From Nageia nagi (Eukaryota > Plantae > Pinophyta): 64,000 nucleotides of DNA. The stretch lies in the NCBI GenBank assembly GCA_050084985.1, contig JBITNC010000001.1, positions 31,682,001 through 31,746,000 on the forward strand, in the 5' to 3' direction. Shown one piece after another: positions 1-13,673 of this stretch. Positions within the stretch are counted from its first letter, which is position 1, and every line of letters starts with the position of its first letter. The position numbers and the translations under genes were made by a program. The notes under the pieces are model-generated. The model had not been told where the DNA came from, did not search any database, and worked only from the letters and a program-made list of their open reading frames with translations.

Positions 1-249
1 ATAATCAACAAAAGCCCTAATTTTTGACCTAAATGTTTTTTATTATAACACTCGAATGATCTAGGAATGAATTAGGTGATTCCACATGAATTTGATATGC
101 TACTAGCTAGCTCAGCACTCACATGGCAAGATTGGCCAAGAACTTGGGGTAACCAACCTTGATAAATTTTTTTAGTGTTCACTTTTCAACACTTACCCTA
201 TTGAAAAGATGCATCAAAAGTAATCTCACCATTCTTATTCCACATCTCA

Positions 250-1200
250 TGTGCAATAGGATTTTTTATTACAATGTAGTGGTTTTCTACTCAGGGCCCA
301 TAACACCCAAGAGATCGCACTTCCACCAAGTTAGTCATCATCTCCTAATGATAACCCTCTATCTCATAGGAGTAGTTAACTTATCATAGGTAAGCTTCCT
401 TATGAGCGAGTAGCATTACCTATGGAATAATTTTCATATCCCTATCTGCTAACTATAAGTGATATGATTACTAATTACCCTCACCCAGTAATAGTAGTTT
501 TTACAATTGCTACCTCCACCTGACTCGCTTTTTAGGGAATATTAATACTAACTTGCCCATAACTATCAACTAGTCCCACCATGTGGTTCAACATCCCCAT
601 GCCCATAACTTGGGGAGCCATGAATATTAAACAATATTCTTGAGTGATTATTTAGTCTAATATATTCTTAAATATGTTGACAAAAGAACCACCTATGTCC
701 TACTAACCATATACTAATATTTTCAAATAGTGAAGTGCATATAAGACAAGTTCTAAGGTTTAACACCATTCATCCTTACCCATGAGGAGTACCTCGAAAG
801 TCTTAGTTATGGCTTACATAGAAGGCATATATTTTCTTGTTTTATCCCATATGCATTGTATCATGTATATGCATCTATTTTTTGAAAGATCTCATAAAGT
901 AACAAGTTGTGAGAAAGGATCTTGCCACTATTGCTTCAAAAGTAATGTGGCACTAAGTGGTCCTCATGCAAAGAATATTTGTTTTGTTTGTTGTCTAGAA
1001 AGGTAGGTTTACTTGGCAAAGGTTCTTCATCACATTTCTTGCATTCGCCCAAAAAAATTTTTGAATTGTTCCATTTATCTCATGGGGTGCCATTGATATC
1101 CAATTTGATTCCAAGGAACCCTAAGATATCCCAAATGCTTGCAATTTGTCATTTGGAACTTTAATTCTAGTTTAAGGTTGATTCTAAGTTGTTGGGATAA
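250..1200 (-). mobile_element. Possible highly decayed Ty3/gypsy integrase remnant
   Basis: Minus-strand reading near 850-980 resembles the integrase zinc-binding segment (IL..HEGP..GH..KI..KDA) across frameshifts, with a WA..RTT-like trace near 280-305. Motifs are badly eroded and no LTR was found. Confidence 0.3.
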
Positions 1201-2849
1201 TTTTGCACTTATCATGATTAACAATCTAATCCATCTATGACTACTACCTAACAAGTATTAATCCTTACTTATTTTTACCAAAGCATTAATCTTAACATCT
1301 AATAATCATGATGTTGTTATTAAAGAGAAAATAAATCATCTACCTTTCATTTATCATTCAATATACTAACAAGATTTAAATACAACATAATCCTCATTAA
1401 GCATTTCTAAGTTAATAATCAATTACGAGAAGTTTGAATACATCTTATAACTTCATTTGTAAACATCTAGGGTAATGAAATAGCTTCTATAAAATTTTTA
1501 CAAGAATATTATTACATCATAAGGCTAATAAAATGATTTTGTAATTTGTCATCATCATCTTGTAATAAAAATATAGTTTAACATGTTATTTAGTAAATCA
1601 TTCTTTGCCTTTTCATGGGACATACCTAATGATCTTCAAGCAATGAGCATCAAGCATCTCCATAATTCTTCATGCAATGAGCATCAAACATCCCTTGGTA
1701 CTTGGTGGGTGGATCGAGTACTAGGAAGGAGGAGGATTAGGACATCCCTTTATATTTTATGAACATAATGTAATGCATTCATTAACTTAAGACCTCGAAA
1801 GGATTTTAGGTCCTATTTGGACTACCTCTCTTCCTTGGTAATGAATCAACTTATACTTCACATATAAATATAAATTTTCATTCTTATAAATGTCAAAACA
1901 TTTAAATCTCCCATTTTCTTTTATAACCCTTTTTTTGTGTGTTGATAATTATGGTGTTATTAATAATTAGAATTCATTCCATGAATTTATAATAATAAGT
2001 ATACAATCACTATATACAAAATTATCTATACTTAATTACTCAATAATCTTATTATTAAATGAAGGTTTATCTCAAATTCATGACATGAATATATCTAATG
2101 GCATTCTCTTAATGGAAAGGTACATGTAGTTTATCTCTTCATATACTAATCTTAACTCATAAGATGGTTTGACCAAAATTCTCTGCTCTTTGTTTTTTGA
2201 CAAAGCTACTAATAATGTTTTTAGGATGAGATGAAAGGTAAAGTAAAATTTATATCTGGCATGTAGTCATTTTGCAAATAGGGAATTAATTTTAGATCAT
2301 TGTGAAACACAAGGATCAGATTTAGGACCATTCCCTACGAATTTATTAATAGACCAAGAAAAAGATGCTAACCATGCACGCATGTGCCATTGATGCAAAA
2401 GATAGAATTTCACTCAAAATGTACTATGCTTTCTTCGATAGGTGCCTATATTGGGGAAGTATAACAACAAATTCCCAAAATAAATATGTAGATAACTAAA
2501 TCGATTGTTATCTAAAGTCCCAAATGAGATATAGTCAACTCAAAGTCATGGCAATTCATAATCAAACTCTACAACCATCATTAGTATTCTTTCTAGCCTT
2601 TGTGGAGATTTTAGAGAAACAACAAATGGAGATTCATCAAGATGTTGAAAAATAATGGATCTCATATTTGATTTTATGGTGGGTATTCAAAACATAAGAA
2701 TCTAAGAAGATCAAGATCTAAAACGATGACAAGATATGCACAAGAGGTGTTGGAAGAGACATAGGAATAAAGCATCAATCTAAAATCTACGACAGCATGC
2801 ACCATTGAATGAATACATAGAGTATGTATGGAAAAACATTAATGAGTAG

Positions 2850-3420
2850 TTGATATTATTATTTTTTTATATGTGTGGTCGTGCATACCCAAAAATCTAT
2901 GTAGATGAAGCACACAAGACCATGGAATTGTTTGACAATAGTCTAGATGGAAACCAAATTCGTGGATAATGAACAATAATGGTGGTAGGATAAACACTAA
3001 ATGGCTTTTTCCTATAGAGATACTAGAGACTTTTGCACAATTACAATGTCTAAATCAAATTCCATAATGTTTACCAACATATTCCCTACACAGATTGTTA
3101 TGAGTACTTACAAATGGATAAATAAATTTGTCGAAAAGTGTGAACACTAGGGAGAAAATCAAAACCTTTATGCATGAATTCAGGATCATATGTGGTAGAG
3201 GAATTGTTAACTCAACTAAATAAAAATGTAATAAGTCAATAAAATTGAATCTTTCTCAACAATTTTCAAATAATTAGTATAAAGCTATACCCTTTTCTAA
3301 AAGTAAAAGCATCAATTATCACATGAGTGTATTAAATAGACTAGGTAGCATGTCATTTCAAAAGAAGCAAGGCTACTATCATCCACTTATTCATAGACTT
3401 TTTTTTATCAAAGAATTCTA
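2850..3420 (+). mobile_element. Possible decayed Mutator (MULE) transposase fragment
   Basis: Frame reads IYVDEAH...LDGNQI near 2895-2960 with KWLF near 3000, resembling the MULE VDGTHL...DGNNQIFP...W.WF pattern. No TIRs identified. Confidence 0.25.
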
Positions 3421-6400
3421 CCATACATATACCAATAGGACTACTTCAACTAGACATAAAAATGCAAAAGAATGCACCTTGATTTGGAAAAGAAAGAGAG
3501 ACTTCACATAATCCAAGGTTGAGTATATCCAAAACAAAAATGAAATAGCAAAGAGATAGATAGGAAGTTGTTGTTGGTTTTTTTGCCAATGATTTAATCC
3601 TTTATTTATAGCTAAAGGGGCTCAATTGTGTCCAAATGGACATCTCCTCACACCCTCAATAATTTTGGGTTAGGTTTGGTTAAAGTTGGAATGGATGGTA
3701 ATGGCATTTAATACTTTGGAATCTTTTTCATTAGTTGACAATTTAGTGCTAACTCTTATCGACACTTAATGCAAAAATACAAAACTAAGTAGGCTAATTT
3801 CTCTATTATTTTTCTAGCTATTAAATATCATGTCATACCACAAAGAGACCATAGTCTCTATCTAATAGTGTTTTTACTATTAGCCCTATGTGGCAATAAT
3901 ATGGACACTCATATTCAACTTTTACCCTATTAAATTTATTTTTCTAACCTCATAATAATTTTTAAATTTAACTAAAGGTATATCCCCTTTTTCCCTCCAT
4001 TTCAAAATTTAAATTTTGAAAATACCAAACAAGGGAAAACACATCTTTACCTACAACGATCACCTCGTCCTACAAAGTAAGGTTAATCCACATAGTTTTG
4101 CAAACATATTTTCATTAAGAAATCAACAATCACAACAATTATTCTACATGCATCTACATGATTTACGATGGTCATAGGGTGTGTCAGCGAATCAACACAA
4201 ATCATTTCCTCCTCTTTCCCTTCCATTCCCATCACCAATTTACCTTTGGTCTATGGGATATTTGGGTTGCTTCTCCACTCTGTGACCTGTGTCAAAATAT
4301 CTTGAAGCCAACATCAAATTGTCACAAATGATACATATTCCCATATCAAACTTGTCATTACCATAGTATTATGCAAACATAATTCATTCAAATCCTCAAT
4401 GGTACTCGAGGTCAAACAATGTCTTGAGGTGGGTCATGAAAAATCTCACAGTCTTTGTCTTCACTATCGCTAATGATGATTACCTCAGGTTCTACAAGTG
4501 TAGGTGTAAATTCACCCGATAGACTCAGATATCAGATATACCTCATGAGCAAAGTCCTCAAGTTCACAAGTTTCAGGAATGTAGTCAATGCATTTAGAAT
4601 CAATCAAAGTGGGAGCACTATCAAAATATGCATTGTAAGAATCACTTTCGTATCCTTCGAGTATAAGTTGAACTTCTTCTATCTAAGTTTGAATTTCATG
4701 AAAAATAGTATTCAATCCATATAGACGCACATCTTCATCAAAATTCTCAACATTTTCATTTGCTAGAAAACGAAGAATTGCTGCATGGCAACCTTCTACC
4801 CTAATCAAGTTGCTCTCCTTTGTAATGCAAACACGACCCTCTTATTGGACACAAACCTCGGCAAAATGAGTACCATTTTTAACAAATTCTCACTAGTATT
4901 CGATGCTCCACGTAATCATCAGTTGCATCAGATTTCAATTGGATTCTCCTCATAATTATTTGGAAACTCTCAATAATTCATAAGAATTGGTGGATTCCAC
5001 AATGTAACCCTCGCTGGTAAAGCTTCTTCACATTTCACCAAACATATACAAAGCTTTCTGCATGTAGGTATGTATCTCTGCAACTTATGAAATAATTGAA
5101 TATCTTTTACTCTCTTCCTGTCAGGGGTGAGTATCTCTGCATACTCACCTTCTCTTCCAATATTTAGTAGATCTGCCATGCTTCTTCTCCTTTTATCTCT
5201 TCAAATGTGTGAATACCAGCAGCAGTCCAACAACAGATGGACTAAGCTCTTCACAAACTGCAGGCTTTGGCAGACATCCACGAGCTTCTACAAATAGTCT
5301 CACATTCACCTCCATGTGAACAACTTGGGAAATGATTCGAATCTATCACAACAATGTTCCTTGTGATAAAACTTCACTCGGTGAGCATCTTTCAAAGCTG
5401 ATCTCATAGCTGCTAACGTCTCACAGGCTTTTTCTCAATCTACAACACTCTAGTTCAACAACAACTATTCTCATTCAAATCATTAGGTATGGATGTGGCC
5501 CAATGCAACAAATAGCAGCAATAGCCTCTAAGCAATTACAGTCCTTTTCTCGGATTAGCTTCTATGAGCAGCAAATGTCACCTACAACACATTCTCTAAC
5601 TCTGACATTAGATTCTTAGATTTTCTTACAATCTACAGCACTATTCCATAGGTTTTTAACCCCTTCAATGGGACCTATAATGGCTCTCTCAAAGCTGGAT
5701 GGCTTTTGCTCATAGCAGTTTTTGAGCCAGATTATGTCTCATCCACAACAACTTGCTCATCAACAATTTCTACAAAATGTTACAGATTCTTCCATGAAAT
5801 GCAGGTCTTGTCCTCCTCTGCGAATGATGTCATCGCTGCTTGGATCGATGTCTTCTTAAACACAGTGGAAATAAATCAACCAGATAAACTATGAGGAGGA
5901 TGTCTTCTTCCTCTTGAACAACTTACAAATTTTCGTCGGGCTCCTTCGCTTCCTACTTTACGATCTGGGCCTCCTAGATGTTCAAAAAGATGTCTCTTTC
6001 AACCTATCACAATGGTAGCAGCAACAACATGTCCCATCATTTTGATTCAGAAACAACATCAATTGTTCAGCTAAATCAATGTAACGAACAACAGTAGGCT
6101 TCCAAGATCAATACGCCTTTCCTGGCATCTTCGGCCTTCATGCACTATCTTTGACCATGTCCTCAAGGAGGAATCTAGTCAATTGTTGTGGCTATGTATT
6201 CCTTATAGACTATACACAACCTTCACACAGTCCTCTTCATGTGGGTATTGGAAACTAGAAGGGATTGAATGTGTATCATTATGTAGCTCCTTTAAAATTC
6301 ATCTTCAATGAGAATCTGCACCGTATCCTCCACACAGATCATGTATCAAATAGTATATGCCTCTAAATATGTCATTTCCACTCAACAATAGAAAAAACGC

Positions 6401-7089
6401 AATCGCCAGCCTCTGAGGTAGCTTCACGGCACTACACTGGTCTCCTCTAGATATATTTGATGCTTTTCTCACATCGTATGGGCATGATTTCTCCTTACGC
6501 GGGCTTTCTCTACGAGCTCTCCTTATCAACGTGATCTTCTCAGCTGATCAGGGTGCCTTCTCTCACGGTGCACCTTTATGTTTGGCAAGGGCCGACTGTT
6601 ATATGCTGCCCCTTGGAACCCCTTTAATTTCTTGCCTTGTGAATGCACAGGCTCACACTTTTCAATGATAGAATTGAGCTTCCCAAGAATGAGCAATTCT
6701 CCATTGAGTTTTGTTTTATCTAACCTTTCATATGGTTTAGCTCTAATATCAAATGAGATTTTAGATAAGAACTTAATATTATTCTCAAAAGGATTACAAT
6801 TTATAGTGCTAAGAGTAACCTAAGAAGTAGCATCAAACCAAAGTAATGGCATCAAATTCTATTCGTAGGCTATGACTAGCAATGTCTAACTGACTAAGCT
6901 ATATGACTAGGTCTTAATTATAGCAACATCTTAACAAGTAAAACATATCATTTTCTTGCCTACATAACTAAATATCTATGCCTACATAAACTTAAGAAAA
7001 TGCTAGTACATATAATGCTAGATCATATTCTAACATGTATAAAATATGATATATTAATTAATAAGAAATTATTTTTAGGCATCTACAAT

Positions 7090-9528
7090 GTGTGTATGAC
7101 AAATATAGTCTATGTTGTTTGATACATTATTATTGAGATTATCGGAAAGTATTTTTTAGGAGTGAGATGTACCATTATATGGAGGATCATCACTTAAAGA
7201 AAGTTTTTTTTTATTGAGGTTTTTCCAAATTAGTTTCCCCTAGGTAAATAATTATGTTCACCATTTTGAGTTATTGATGATGTATGATTTTTATTTTAAA
7301 GTACTTGGCATTTATATGTGAAGAATCCATTTGTGATATATCTCATAATGCCATAAATAATAAGAATTTATGGATCATCTTAGTATTAAAGCCTCTTCAA
7401 TCTTTAGAATGGAAAGTAGAAATTTGAGTTCAGAATTATGCCTAGAATATGGAATTATGGATCTTGATGTTACACCATTCTTGGAATATGGTATAAGGGG
7501 ATGATTTAGAGGCATATTTGAGAGAGACTATAGATGCAAAAGATCAAGTGGCATAAGATAAGATTGAGAGGATGATATAGAGATAAATTCAAGAACCCAT
7601 GACTAGAGATAATCCAAAAAGGCATAATTCAATAAGATGAGCAAAAGATAGAATGTTTCTGAGAATAGATAAATTTTAATTAGTTATGGAGATTTATTTT
7701 TTCCTCATAATTTAAATCTCAAGTCTTTTCATGTGGGAACTAAAGCCTATAAAAGGGATAGGGGATCCAAAATATAAATTGGATAAAAAATTTGAAGTTA
7801 CTTGAAAATGTGATTTTATATCTTCATTTTAAAAAAATTGTCTATTCGCTTCTCAGAACCTCTAATAGTTTTAAAATTTGATGCTTGAGGTAAAAAATAT
7901 ATGTAGGTTTTAATTATTATATTTAAATTATATTTTTTATTAAATTATTAAAACATCATTTAAAAAATATAGGGGCGAAAATATACACATGAGCAATCTA
8001 GTCAACATGAGGTAGATGAGTTAAAATATCAGCATAGGTAAAGGGACAAACCAATTAACCTTGTTGGAGCTCATGTGTAAAGAGGTGATTATCATGTGAA
8101 AGGGAACCCACCAATACTAAAGGACCACCAAGGTGGAGACCATGTATACAAGGTTTCAAAGGAGTGACCACCAAGGTACTTTGCCAACATGGAATCACAT
8201 GGCACATGTTTGGACCCACACTATATCAAAGAGAATAATTTGTTTGGAGACTATCTACCTAGAATCATGTTGTGAGGAAAGTTATAATTATTTATGTTGA
8301 AATACATGGTGCCAGGAGGTTAAAGGGACCCTCCTTTTAAAAATGAATAGCATGGAAAGTGTTGGATGGCCGTGTGATGGTCATGAAGGACAAGTTGTTT
8401 GGTGATGATATCAAAAATCACTAGCTCATATCTCATCAAAGGTGTTTAATATACCATACAAGAAGCTTCCAAGTTTTGGATTATGATTATCTAGACCCTA
8501 TTTTTGTTATATATGATATTTTACATAGGGGTTATTTTGTTAAATACTTGTAGATATCATTCCACTTGTGTATTTTAGCCCTTATATTTTCCAAAGGGGT
8601 ATTTAAGGCATTTTGAGGAAGAAAATAAAATAGTTGTTAGATAATAGTAATATTTAATTATTAGTGTCTAATACAAACATCCTTAGGTTAAATATTGTTC
8701 AAACTAATTGCTAAAAGGAAGAAAAGCTAGATTATTATATTTGATATGAAGAGAAATTGATTGTAAAGGAATATTATATATTGTAACTAAGTTTCTTCCA
8801 TTTTTAAACTATTTCAAGTGTTATAAAAGGATATCTTATGGAAAGAAATAATTAATTATCGAGAAAGGAATTCCATGCCTTGGGCATGAGAGTCAAACTT
8901 GTAAAGAATTCATGATGGAGAAATTCACTGAGTGAGTACTTGTGATAGTACTTCATAAAATTGTAATTCCATATAGAAGCATCACATCTTGGATTGAGAC
9001 TAATAGGAGTTTTATGAGGATGTTATTCTAGATAGTCCTATGGATGTGTTTTCCATAGAAGGAACAAGTGTGGATAGGAGGTAATCAAGAGGCATCGCAA
9101 AGACCATTAAGTGATTGAAGAGTGAGCAATATTTACCATTCTCATGATCTCTTATACATGGAGTTATTACTCATATATTATGTTCAAGAAAGATCATAGG
9201 ATGTGAAGTTGGCAATTTTCATCTTATGAGAGCATTTGATGTATGTGGAAACATAATATATTTTAGTTAACACATTGTTATTGAGCTTATTGAGAAGACT
9301 TTGACGAGAGAGATCAACCATTGCATGGAGAATCATCATTTATAGAAAGGTTTTCTTTTGGTTGGCTAGGTTTTTCCATATTAGTTTCCTTAGGGTAAAT
9401 AATTATGTTCACCATTTTGTTTGATTGTTGGTGTATGATTTTTATTTTCAAGAACTTGAAGTTCAAGTGTGAAGAATTTGTTTATGATTATTCTCAAAAT
9501 ACCATTGGTAACAAGATTTTATAGATCA
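7090..9528 (+). mobile_element. Decayed, internally deleted LTR retrotransposon (copia-like) remnant
   Basis: Diverged direct repeat about 7120-7377 vs 9270-9528 (shared aataattatgttcaccattttg, both ending gatca). The first copy is followed by tagtattaaagc (7381-7392), a decayed tRNA-Met PBS (tggtatcagagc), then a weak gag-like trace. Confidence 0.55.
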
Positions 9529-10499
9529 TTACAGGACTTTAAGGGTAATTTGAAAATGTTATAAAATGTCATTTTTGATGTAGTGTTTATTTATTCAACA
9601 ATATTACCTCTTTAATTTAGTATTAAAAATAAATATGTTTATGTAAATATAAAAGTATAAACACCCAAATCTAACATGCATTCTCACCTACCATTATCTA
9701 AAGTTATAAGTCATCCTAATATCCAACGTTGTAGTTCATCCTAATGTGTCTAAATCTACTTAAATCCACCTTAACCATCCTTCATCCATCCTAAGTGAAA
9801 CACAAGTTTTTTATGACATTAACCAAAATTATACAAATAATCCTAAATTATTCATATAATTTCCATAGGCCAAACATATCCATGCAACTCTAAGTCATCC
9901 ATACATCTTGTATGATATAAAATTCAAGATAGTCAAACCCTAGTCTAGAACTCATGTATCCTCTCCAATGGTTTTTTTTACCTCCAAATTATAGTCCATG
10001 TAATTTTACTATAACAACCTTGCTAACTCACCTTGCTAGCACTTTAGTCTCACCTACTTATCTTATTCATATTGCCACTACTTCCTATATAACCCCGTAA
10101 ATACACCTACACCCCCTTGTTATCGATAATAACACACCCCAAAAGTTCTTTTGAGGAACCTATGTATTTTATTAAAGCTTTAACATATATTATTGGTCTC
10201 ATAAGCATAATTTGTGAGTTATCTTCATGTTAATAGATCCTTTTTGTCTTTATTCATTTGATAATTATCATGAAATAATGTTAATCATTATCAAATAAAT
10301 TCATGTTTTGGATAAATGGTGTCAAAGTTTGTATAGCTTATTGCTCATACTATTGAAAATTTCATGTGTCTACTTTCAAAAGTCTACATTGTTTACCAAA
10401 GTGGTAAAGAATTTGCAATTTTTTCAAGTATCCTCAAAGTAAATACTAAATTGGAAACTTTGGTATAAAATTCAAACATTTATGAAAATGGTTTTACAT

Positions 10500-10778
10500 T
10501 AGGCTGTAGGGGCCTAGTAGAGAAGTGAAGTTCTAGCATTCACCATGTAGAGGTCAAGGATTCGAATCTACAATTGAGTTAGTGTACAAAAAAGTAGGCA
10601 CAGATTGGATTCCATTGACTATTGCAATATTTGACCCAAATCCTAACATGTGGGGGACCATGTTAATTCACGTTAACATTTACCAACATTGGGGAGTTTA
10701 TAATCAATGCCAAAAATATTTGAACCATTAACTAGTAGCAAAAAATGAAAGTGATGTGACTAATTCCTCTTGTACAAA
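10500..10778 (+). mobile_element. tRNA-derived SINE
   Basis: Perfect 15-bp direct repeat aaaatggttttacat at 10485-10499 and 10779-10793. A-box-like tagtagagaagtg (10515-10527), B-box-like ggattcgaatct (10558-10569), short A-rich end. Removing it rejoins the PPR motif. Confidence 0.8.
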
Positions 10779-11800
10779 AAAATGGTTTTACATAAATATG
10801 GTGGTTGCAAACATCATGATGGATATATAACAATGGTGGTAAATTCTTTGGAATGATTTAATATAAAGTTTCAAAGAAAACATAGTTTCAAGCCTACATA
10901 ATTATCTATCAAAATTAACATTCAAATGCAATCTCATGGAATTTTGATATGTAGAATTTAAATGCCTCATTGAAATGAAGATATATTGATAGATAGCAAT
11001 GTTATTTATATCAATGTGGGCATTGTCATTTTGGTGTGGAACTAATGATTTTGTATGATTATATGGAGAGGCCTTGAAGATTAGTTTACAAAATGCCATA
11101 CCTAGATTTACCACCATTACACTATTTTGAAGTCTTTCCATAGAATTAGTACATATATAAAATTGATATGAGAAAAGGGTGTCATAGAAGAGCAATGATA
11201 AATGATTTTTCATCAATTATTATAGTTATGAATACTTGTTTGGCATGTATACAAAATTTGGGAGAATTAAAAGGGTTTGCAAATTATATTGTAAAATGCC
11301 ACATCAAATTGTAGTTTCATTTGATAGCAACAACTTCTAGTATTTAGTTGAAATAGTTTTTTTTTATTAAATATTGTAGTCATAAGTATTAAAATTAAGG
11401 GAAAATATCTAAAATACAATGTTATGCATAGTGGTGAATATTAGCCAATCAACTAATATAAGGTTTTTTATATTTAAATATTTTTAATATTCGAACCTCA
11501 AATATATTACACCATTTAGCCCAAATTTTACAAGAATAAAAACCTTTATGGGTCAGCTTGCCAACATTTTATAATTTTTTTATAAAGATAAGTACAAATA
11601 GCCACCTATATATCCTATATTTTCATAAAAAATTGCTTTAAAAATAAAAAAATTACTATTTATTGATGAAATCACCAATAATACCCTATATATAAAGTTT
11701 ATGAGATTTAGTTAGATATACCAATATTTCAAGTTCAAACTTGTAGAGCAATCAAATTACTTTGATTCGATGGTTATTTTACAATTATAAGGAATTGCAA

Positions 11801-12124
11801 ATGCTCATCACTTAAAGATTGTAGATGCTTGTCACCTAAATATTACAAACAATCATCACCTAAAGATTTTAGATGCCCATCACCTAAAGATTACAAACGA
11901 TTGTCACCTAAAGATTACAGATGATCGTCATCTAAATATTACAGATGCTCATCATCTAAAGATTGTAGATGCTTATCACCTAAATATTGTAGACACTCAT
12001 CATCTAAGGTATGTAGATGATCATTACCTAAGGGTTGCAAACACTCATCATCTAAGAATTGTAGACACTCTTCACCTTAAGCTTATAGATGCTCATCACC
12101 TTAAGATTAAAAATGGTCATCATT
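11801..12124. repeat. 24-bp minisatellite, about 13.5 copies
   Basis: Unit atgctcatcacctaaagattgtag repeated in exact 24-bp phase, with mostly C/T and G/A variation. Confidence 0.95.
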
Positions 12125-12135
12125 CTATATAACAC

Positions 12136-12697
12136 AAAGTTTTTTAGAGGTCTCCAATTGATATAAATAATATACCATTGGATAGATCTTGAAAATACCT
12201 TTAAAATGAGTGGTGATATGACCTCTTTTGAGGCTAGAATGAAGTATTTTTGGTATTTGACGACTCATTCCTTGCTCAAAAGGGGTTGTGTAGTCACTCA
12301 TTTTAAAGGTCTTTTTGAGATCTATCCAATGGTATATCATTTGCATGAATATGAGACCTATAAAATAGTTATAAGCTTTAGAAAGTGATTTATTTATTTT
12401 TATCAATTTCTATAGTCCATAAGGTTTTTTGTAGGTCTCCAATTGATTTAAATAATATACCATTGGATAGATATCAAAAAGGCTTTTAAAATGAATTGTT
12501 ACATGATCCTTTTTGAGCAAGTAATGAGTTGTCAAAGGCAGTAGATGATCATCTACATTTTTTGTCTTTGACGACTCATTACTTGATCAAAGGGGGTTGT
12601 GTGACACTCATTTTAAAGGTCTTTTCTAGATCTATCCAATCTTATATCATTTAAATTGATTGGAAATTATAAAAAAATTATGAGCTTTATAAAGTGA
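12136..12697. repeat. Two tandem long inverted repeats (fold-back units)
   Basis: tataccattggatagat...tttaaaatga (about 12170 and 12455) pairs with tcattttaaaggtc...atctatccaa (about 12298 and 12609). The second hairpin is centred on the perfect palindrome gtagatgatcatctac (12541-12556). Confidence 0.9.
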
Positions 12698-13232
12698 AGA
12701 CAATTGTCTATATTATTTTGAAGATGCTCATCTGCATCCTAACTTATTGAGATGATTATCTTTAATTACTTTATAATTTTGAAGGTATAATCAGATGGTA
12801 ATCTTCAGTAATATTTAGATGCCCATAAGAAACTAAATTTCAATATAATTTCACCAATACTTCACAACTTAAAAAATTATTTTTTTTACCATTTACTATA
12901 CGTATTTTTTTGTACATTTTTACCATGACTCTAAATCCAATTCACCATATTTTAAATTTTTTTATTTCACCATTGTTCATTATGGATAACACTGCTAAAA
13001 TACATTTATATTTTAAAGTATTATAAAAAATACTCCTCAAATTTAAAAAATATCAAAATGACCTCTATTTCCAAATACCTAAAAGACCCTTATATTTTAA
13101 AGTATTATAAAAAATACTCCTTAAATTTAAAAAATATCAAAACTGCCCCTATCTCAAAAAAACAAAAAATTTATCAGTAGATTTGTCCATTTTTTAACTC
13201 TTCCCTGTTGCAATCCCAACAATGCATTCTTC

Positions 13233-13673
13233 CCTGCTTCTATAGCTCTGAAAATTTGATATTCAAAATGCTATGGATGGAAAACTTAATGCGCAAGTGT
13301 AATTTCTTTATATGTTGTGGGAGCAAATACCTTGAAACTTCTTTCATCCAAAGTAGATCTCGTCACTGAACTGGACCAAGGCCTGGAAACTCGTTCCCTT
13401 ATCAAAAATCATAATTTTGTGAATAAATTTGAAGGCTAAGAAAACTACATGCAAAACATAGGTACTGACATTATCGGCCTCCATGCCTTCAAGCATCACC
13501 CGGAGAACATTACTCCCCTCATTCCCTATGTTTTGGCCATTCACTATTTCATGCCTCTTAGAGTATTCCAAGTAAACAGGCCTCTCCAGACCATTTTATG
13601 AGGAGTTGGCATAATAGGAGACCATAGAGATGGCCTGACTTATTTCTATTTACTCTCCGAATGCTTGGTTCAT
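13233..13673 (-). pseudogene. PTB: Intronless fragment of plant polypyrimidine tract-binding protein (PTB1/PTB2 type; end of RRM1 through RRM2)
   Basis: Reads NQAF..SQAISMVSYYANSS..VYLEYSKRHEIVN..NVLRVMLEG..VLHVVFLAFKFIHKIMIFDK..FQALVQFSD..LDERS..RYLLPQHI..FQSYRSR. This is collinear with plant PTB (NQAISMVSYYASSS, YSNRHEIVN, VFSAFGFVHKI, FQALVQF, RYLL, FQSHRSR). Stops and frameshifts present. Confidence 0.92.

Larger units (their letters stand above)
11417..12994. mobile_element. Non-autonomous hAT-type DNA transposon inserted in the Pack-MULE left TIR
   Basis: 8-bp TSD ctaaaata (11409-11416 and 12995-13002). 14-bp TIRs caatgttatgcata / tatggataacactg (rc cagtgttatccata). Subterminal ttcacca-type repeats. 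No transposase. Confidence 0.85.

Noticed and set aside
10505-10575. tRNA gene
   Set aside because: Only box A/B similarity, no convincing cloverleaf, and it lies within a TSD-flanked SINE.
12125-12406. Two antiparallel ORFs sharing IYPMVY
   Set aside because: Consequence of the inverted repeat, not coding.
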